From an uncultured bacterium (GTDB taxonomy: Bacteria; Zixibacteria; MSB-5A5; CAIYYT01), in the NCBI GenBank assembly GCA_963726455.1, contig CAVSCK010000005.1, forward strand, positions 544,001-608,000: DNA of 64,000 nucleotides. The letters run 5' to 3'. Below, piece by piece: positions 59,164 through 64,000 of the stretch. Both the position numbers and the translations under genes were made by a program. The notes under the pieces are model-generated. The model searched no databases. It was not told where the DNA came from and was given only the letters and a program-made list of their open reading frames with translations. Positions within the stretch are counted from its first letter, which is position 1. Each line of letters opens with the position of its first letter.

Positions 59164-61599
59164 ATGAATGAAGAAGTGTCACGGTTTGGCCGCAATCGAA
59201 CACTAAGTGTGATCCTGGCGACTGTTACCATCGGAGTGGCGATAGTGATTCTCTATATGGTGAGCCGGGAGAACTACCTCGTATTTCATGGCCTGATCGA
59301 GATTGCCACCATCGTGATTGGATTCTCAATCTTTGTTCTGATCGTAAACGCGCGGAAAAATATCGATATCCGCTATTACTACGTGGTTGGAGTGGGCTTC
59401 CTGTTCATCTCCGTAATTGACCTGGTACATACGCTCGCCTATAAGGGAATGGGAGTATTTCCGGGAGCGGCGTCGGACTTGGCAACGGAACTGTGGATCG
59501 CGGGGCGATATATGCAGGCCGTAACATTGATTGCGGCGCCGCTATTGATCGGCAGGAGAATCAGCCTTTCGGCGCTGAGTGCAATCTATGCCCCGATTAC
59601 CGCGCTTCTGCTCGGAATGATCTACTTTGGCGTGTTTCCTCACTGCTTCCTCGAAGGACAAGGGCTGACGCCATTCAAAATCTGGAGCGAATATATTATT
59701 TCGTTCATATTGCTGCTGGCGACCGTGGCGCTGTACCTGAAACGGGAGCACTTCCAGCCGAAAATCTTTCGTCTGCTGGTTGCTGCCAACCTGCTGACCG
59801 TGGCGGCAGAACTGGCGTTTACATCATATATCAGCGTCTACGGTTTCATGAACATGTCGGGACACATATTCCGATTGGCGGCGACGGCGTTGACTTATGT
59901 GGCGTTTATCGCGATTGGGATGCGGCAGCCGTTCGAGCTATTGTGGTATAGCTTGCGACAGAAGGAAAAACAGCTCGAAGACTTCAACCGCACGCTGGCC
60001 CAGAGGGTGGCGGAACGTACCAGGGAATTGGAGGATGCCAACGCCCAACTGACCGCAGAAATTCGCCAGCGGGAAACAGCTGAACGAGCGTTGACGGTAT
60101 CGGAAACGAAGTATCGGTCGCTATTCGAAAATGCGGACGAGGCGATATTTGTAGTTCAGCAGGATCGCATCAAGTTTCCCAATCCCAAGACGCTCAAGAT
60201 GTCGGGTCTGAATGTTGGTGAGTTGGAGAAGACTGACTTCACCTGTTTGGTACATGCCAGGGATCGAGAAGAATTCCTGGGCAAATATCGTCGGATGCCG
60301 CAGAGTGGTGAAGTGCCGGAGTTCATGCCGTTTAGAATCGTAAACAAAGAAGGTTCGGAATTGTGGGTGCAACTGACGACCGCACCCATCACCTGGGAAG
60401 GCGAGCCGGGTACGCTCTGTTTTCTCAACGACATCTCCAAAGAGAAGCTGATGGAAGAGCAGTTTATGCAGGCGCAGAAGATGGAAGCGGTAGGACGGCT
60501 GGCGGGAGGAATTGCGCATGACTTCAATAATATGCTGTCGGTGATTAACGGCTTTGCGGAACTGGGAATGGAATCATTGCCGGAGTCAGATCCGGTGAAA
60601 GACAAGTTGCGCGACATCCTTGGCGCCGGCGAGCGGGCGGCCGCGTTGACCCAGCAATTACTGGCTTTCAGCCGCAAACAGGTATTGACTCCGGAGGTAA
60701 TTGACCTGAACGAGCAGGTCAGAGGTATTGAGTTGATGCTGAAACGTTTGATCGGCGAAGATATCGAGCTGGCAATAACCTCGACAGCCGATCTCTGGCG
60801 AACCAAGGCGGACCCGGGGCAGATTCAGCAGATTATCATGAATCTGGCGGTCAATGCGCGAGATGCCATGCCGCAAGGGGGCAAACTCACGATTGAAACA
60901 CACAATGTTGAGTTTGATGATGAATACGTGCGAAGACATGTCGAGACCAGGCCGGGAGCCTGGGTGCTCTTGGCGGTGTCCGACAACGGCTGCGGTATGG
61001 ACAAAGAGACGATGTCCAAGGTGTTCGAACCGTTCTTTACGACCAAGGAACGCGGCAAGGGAACGGGGTTGGGGTTGGCGACTGTCTACGGAATCGTCAA
61101 GCAGAGCGGCGGGCACGTAGGCGTTTACAGTGAATTGGGTGTAGGGTCGACGTTCAAGATCTACTTCCCAAGAGTCGACGATGCTCCACGCGTAAAGAAA
61201 GCGGCGGCGCCGTCTCTCAGACCGGGCGCCGGACAGAATATTCTGGTTGTCGATGATGACGATGCCGTTCGCCGGCTGGTGACAAAGATCCTTGAAAAGG
61301 GCAAGTATAAGGTTTTCGAAGCGCGGGACGGCGAAGAAGCGCTACGTCTGTATGCGAATGAAGCCGCTGAAATTGAACTGCTATTGACAGATATGGTAAT
61401 GCCGCGCATGGGCGGGTACGACGTTGCCAGACAGTTATGCAAGAAGCAGCCGTCGCTCAAAGTGTTGTTCATGTCGGGCTACACGGATTCGGCCGTATAT
61501 CACAATGGATTCCTCCAACACAGCGCACAATTCATTCAGAAGCCGTTCGGCGCAGCGCAACTGTTGGTGAAGGTGCAGGAAGTGCTGGGGATAGAATGA
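59164..61599 (+). CDS. Hybrid sensor kinase: MASE3-PAS-HisKA-HATPase-REC
   Basis: NYLVFH..IE, HTLAYKGMG (MASE3); LAGGIAHDFNN; NLAVNARDAM; PFFTTK..GKGTGLGL; C-terminal REC. Confidence 0.93.
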   Translation: MNEEVSRFGRNRTLSVILATVTIGVAIVILYMVSRENYLVFHGLIEIATIVIGFSIFVLIVNARKNIDIRYYYVVGVGFLFISVIDLVHTLAYKGMGVFPGAASDLATELWIAGRYMQAVTLIAAPLLIGRRISLSALSAIYAPITALLLGMIYFGVFPHCFLEGQGLTPFKIWSEYIISFILLLATVALYLKREHFQPKIFRLLVAANLLTVAAELAFTSYISVYGFMNMSGHIFRLAATALTYVAFIAIGMRQPFELLWYSLRQKEKQLEDFNRTLAQRVAERTRELEDANAQLTAEIRQRETAERALTVSETKYRSLFENADEAIFVVQQDRIKFPNPKTLKMSGLNVGELEKTDFTCLVHARDREEFLGKYRRMPQSGEVPEFMPFRIVNKEGSELWVQLTTAPITWEGEPGTLCFLNDISKEKLMEEQFMQAQKMEAVGRLAGGIAHDFNNMLSVINGFAELGMESLPESDPVKDKLRDILGAGERAAALTQQLLAFSRKQVLTPEVIDLNEQVRGIELMLKRLIGEDIELAITSTADLWRTKADPGQIQQIIMNLAVNARDAMPQGGKLTIETHNVEFDDEYVRRHVETRPGAWVLLAVSDNGCGMDKETMSKVFEPFFTTKERGKGTGLGLATVYGIVKQSGGHVGVYSELGVGSTFKIYFPRVDDAPRVKKAAAPSLRPGAGQNILVVDDDDAVRRLVTKILEKGKYKVFEARDGEEALRLYANEAAEIELLLTDMVMPRMGGYDVARQLCKKQPSLKVLFMSGYTDSAVYHNGFLQHSAQFIQKPFGAAQLLVKVQEVLGIE

Positions 61600-61611
61600 A
61601 GGCGGGGCCAG

Positions 61612-61968
61612 ATGAGTACACTAAGCATCAGTGTTCTGGTTCTGACGGGCGTACTCGCCCTTCACCTGCTTGAAGAAATTCGGACGGGATTTCGAAAGAA
61701 GTTCCCACTGGGGGAAATGCCCCTGACATTTTTCGTGATCGTCAATATCTGTGTCTATGCCTATGCCCTGTTAACTGCCTACTTGTGTGCGACCCATGTT
61801 GAAGCGGGGATTCTGATGGCCTGGATTTTCGCGGTACTCATGCTGGGTAACGCCCTTCTGCATATCGGAATAATGGCCGTCAAACGGGTATACTTCCCGG
61901 GCGGATATAGTGCTTTCGTGGTTCTGGCTGCCGCCGTGAATCTGGCCTATCAATTGGGTCGCACCTAA
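61612..61968 (+). CDS. HXXEE-domain membrane protein
   Basis: LHLLEE, NALLH, YFPG. Confidence 0.75.
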   Translation: MSTLSISVLVLTGVLALHLLEEIRTGFRKKFPLGEMPLTFFVIVNICVYAYALLTAYLCATHVEAGILMAWIFAVLMLGNALLHIGIMAVKRVYFPGGYSAFVVLAAAVNLAYQLGRT

Positions 61969-61981
61969 GCCGAAGATCTGA

Positions 61982-62818
61982 TCACTCGACGTGTTTTTCC
62001 GGTTTGACTTCAAGACGTTGCGGTGCTTGATCAAGGTCCCGTTTTCTTAATTGCTTTACATATTCGATTTCGCGCAACGTGCGATTGCGGCGCAGGCGAC
62101 GGTGATTGTCAAGTTTTGTCCGGATATCCTGCCCCGATATCGGAACCCGTATGACGCCATCGGCTCCGGCGGCGACCAGCATCTCCTCCAACGCGAGAGT
62201 CGGATATTTTTCCAGAAAGAAGACCGGTACATGTGGGCAGGCCGATTTTACTTTCAGTAGCAGGTTCATTCCCGAGGTACCCGGGAGTTCGCGCTCAGTA
62301 ATAAATACATCAATACGATGCGTCTCAAGAAATAACGGAAGCGCTGCCGGCGATTCCACGATTGCAGTCTTGTATCCTTCACGTGTCAATGACGCCGCCA
62401 GTGCTTCGGCCTGCAGCGTCGTAGAGAGCGCGATGGCAACCATCCCTTTGCCGGATTCCAGCACCGTCTGCACGCGATTCAGAAGATTCTCGCGATTGTA
62501 CGGCTTTATGATGTAATCGCGGGCGCCGAGAAATATTCCCTGGGTGACCGACTGAACGTCGGCGCAGCCGGTGCAGAAGACAAGTGGGACATTGGCAAAG
62601 CGAAGATTGCTCGACATGAACTTGAGAAGCTCGAAACCATCCTCCCCTGGCATTTTGATATCGCAGAGAATGAGAGTGATATCGACGCCCCGTTGGAAGA
62701 CGTCAATTGCGCCTCTGACCGACGTAGCGGTCACAACCTTGAAGCCGTCGCTCGATAGCAGCCGTTCGGCTGACGTCAGCTCGGTGGTTTCATCGTCAAC
62801 AACCAGTATTGTCATCAT
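61982..62818 (-). CDS. Response regulator with tandem receiver domains
   Basis: ILVVDD, CDIKMPG.DG, DYIIKP; second receiver degenerate (ITERELPGTSG). Confidence 0.85.
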   Translation of the reverse strand: MMTILVVDDETTELTSAERLLSSDGFKVVTATSVRGAIDVFQRGVDITLILCDIKMPGEDGFELLKFMSSNLRFANVPLVFCTGCADVQSVTQGIFLGARDYIIKPYNRENLLNRVQTVLESGKGMVAIALSTTLQAEALAASLTREGYKTAIVESPAALPLFLETHRIDVFITERELPGTSGMNLLLKVKSACPHVPVFFLEKYPTLALEEMLVAAGADGVIRVPISGQDIRTKLDNHRRLRRNRTLREIEYVKQLRKRDLDQAPQRLEVKPEKHVE

Positions 62819-63151
62819 AATTTCCGCGACAGCAGCCGGTTGCGAGGAACTGCGTAGTCAACGTAGACTGGCGTCCGATTGCAGCAACCCCGGTACTGTC
62901 TTAGTGATCCTCTGATACAGGATGTGATTTATGGCACGGTTGCTGCGTTTGTCTATGTCGCAGACATCGAGACCCAACCCTGCTATGGCTTATGTATCGG
63001 AAGAGTCACTGACAGAACTTGTCAGTGGAAAACGCGGTTTTGGAAAAGATCCGAATTCTTTGCCTGCCGGCGTGTTTCAAAACGACGAGATCTGGGCGGA
63101 AATTGTTCCACTTAGAATCGTTTGTCCTGCCGGACAGGATGATTGCCGCGG

Positions 63152-63179
63152 TTGACAACGTGTACCGTTCCTGTATATT
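63152..63179 (+). promoter_or_regulatory. sigma70-type promoter upstream of miaB
   Basis: TTGACA-16 nt-TATATT. Confidence 0.6.
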
Positions 63180-63300
63180 ATCAGACTGTCAGGAGCCCTC
63201 GGAGGCGCGGTGGGAGTATAGCAGAGTCTGATGTGGTGGAATTCGGCCGAGGGTATAACTCGACAGTGATCGGGCTCCTGACCTACATAGGCGCGAGAGT

Positions 63301-64000
63301 ATGAGCGAGAAAGTCAATACCAACGGCAAACGGCAGAAGGTCTATCTTGAGACCTACGGCTGCCAGATGAACGAATACGATACCGAGATCATTCGGACGA
63401 TCCTGGAGCGCAACGATTTTGATTTTGCGGAGACTCCGGAAGATGCCGGAGTAATTCTGCTTAACACCTGCTCGGTACGGGAGAACGCGCACGAGCGGGT
63501 TCAGGCGCGTATCGCAACACTAAAGCAGCTCAAGAAGCAGAAAGCGGATTTGATCATCGGCGTGCTGGGCTGCATGGCACAGAATCTGAAGAAGTCGCTG
63601 CTCGAGGAGAACTCGGGAATCGATCTGATCGTCGGGCCGGACAACTATAAGACGTTACCGATAATGATCAACCGCGTGCACGAAACCGGCGAGAAGGAAT
63701 TCGCGCTGTCGTTGTCGGAATATGAGGATTATGCCGACGTGTTCCCCACCAACCGACAGGGCATCAATGCCTGGCTGGCGGTGATGCGCGGCTGCGACAA
63801 TTACTGCACGTTTTGTGTGGTGCCCTACGTACGCGGGCACGAGCGAAGCCGCGATCCACATAATGTAGTCGAAGAAGCGGGACAACTTGTCGCGCAGGGC
63901 TTCAAGCAAGTGACGCTGTTGGGACAGAATGTCAATTCCTACAAGTTTGACGGATTTGATTTCGCCCAGCTGGTTGCGGCGGTGAGCCGGGTCGAGGGAA
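63301..64000 (+). CDS. miaB: tRNA methylthiotransferase MiaB (3'-partial; missing from the ORF track)
   Basis: Manual translation: VYLETYGCQMNEYDTE, LNTCSVRENA, GVLGCMAQ, MRGCDNYCTFCVVPYVRG, LLGQNVNSY. Confidence 0.95.
   Translation, partial: MSEKVNTNGKRQKVYLETYGCQMNEYDTEIIRTILERNDFDFAETPEDAGVILLNTCSVRENAHERVQARIATLKQLKKQKADLIIGVLGCMAQNLKKSLLEENSGIDLIVGPDNYKTLPIMINRVHETGEKEFALSLSEYEDYADVFPTNRQGINAWLAVMRGCDNYCTFCVVPYVRGHERSRDPHNVVEEAGQLVAQGFKQVTLLGQNVNSYKFDGFDFAQLVAAVSRVEG

Noticed and set aside
63181-63290. tRNA, SRP RNA or 6S RNA
   Set aside because: No T-loop or cloverleaf, no SRP GGAA-loop motif, too short for 6S; kept only as an unknown structured-RNA candidate.

Overview
Origin-proximal chromosomal region of a GC-rich Gram-negative bacterium. 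The secreted cohesin/dockerin and FlgD/Por-tail proteins suggest Zixibacteria or another FCB-adjacent lineage (inference). It holds dnaA-dnaN with an oriC-like intergenic segment and, about 30-40 kb away on the minus strand, the block rpmH-rnpA-yidD-yidC-mnmE-mnmG-rsmG-parA-parB-M23-bactofilin with two perfect parS sites. It also has moxR/DUF58, a P-type ATPase, a GH13 amylase, tricorn protease, a MASE3 hybrid kinase and the start of miaB. Several essential genes carry single-base frameshifts, most likely long-read indel errors. The most unusual content is non-coding: (i) at least five families of short REP-like palindromes, including a 1.4-kb hierarchical array of about 41 units; (ii) a small GIY-YIG nuclease gene bracketed by 151-bp palindromic direct repeats, sitting in a truncated duplicate of the neighbouring flavodoxin gene; (iii) three accessory inserts each bounded by diverged direct duplications of host sequence (a gene 3' end, the rpmH promoter, a gene 5' end); (iv) a second DnaA-box cluster and apparent GC-skew reversals away from dnaA; (v) two candidate structured leader RNAs. 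No CRISPR, rRNA or tRNA was seen.
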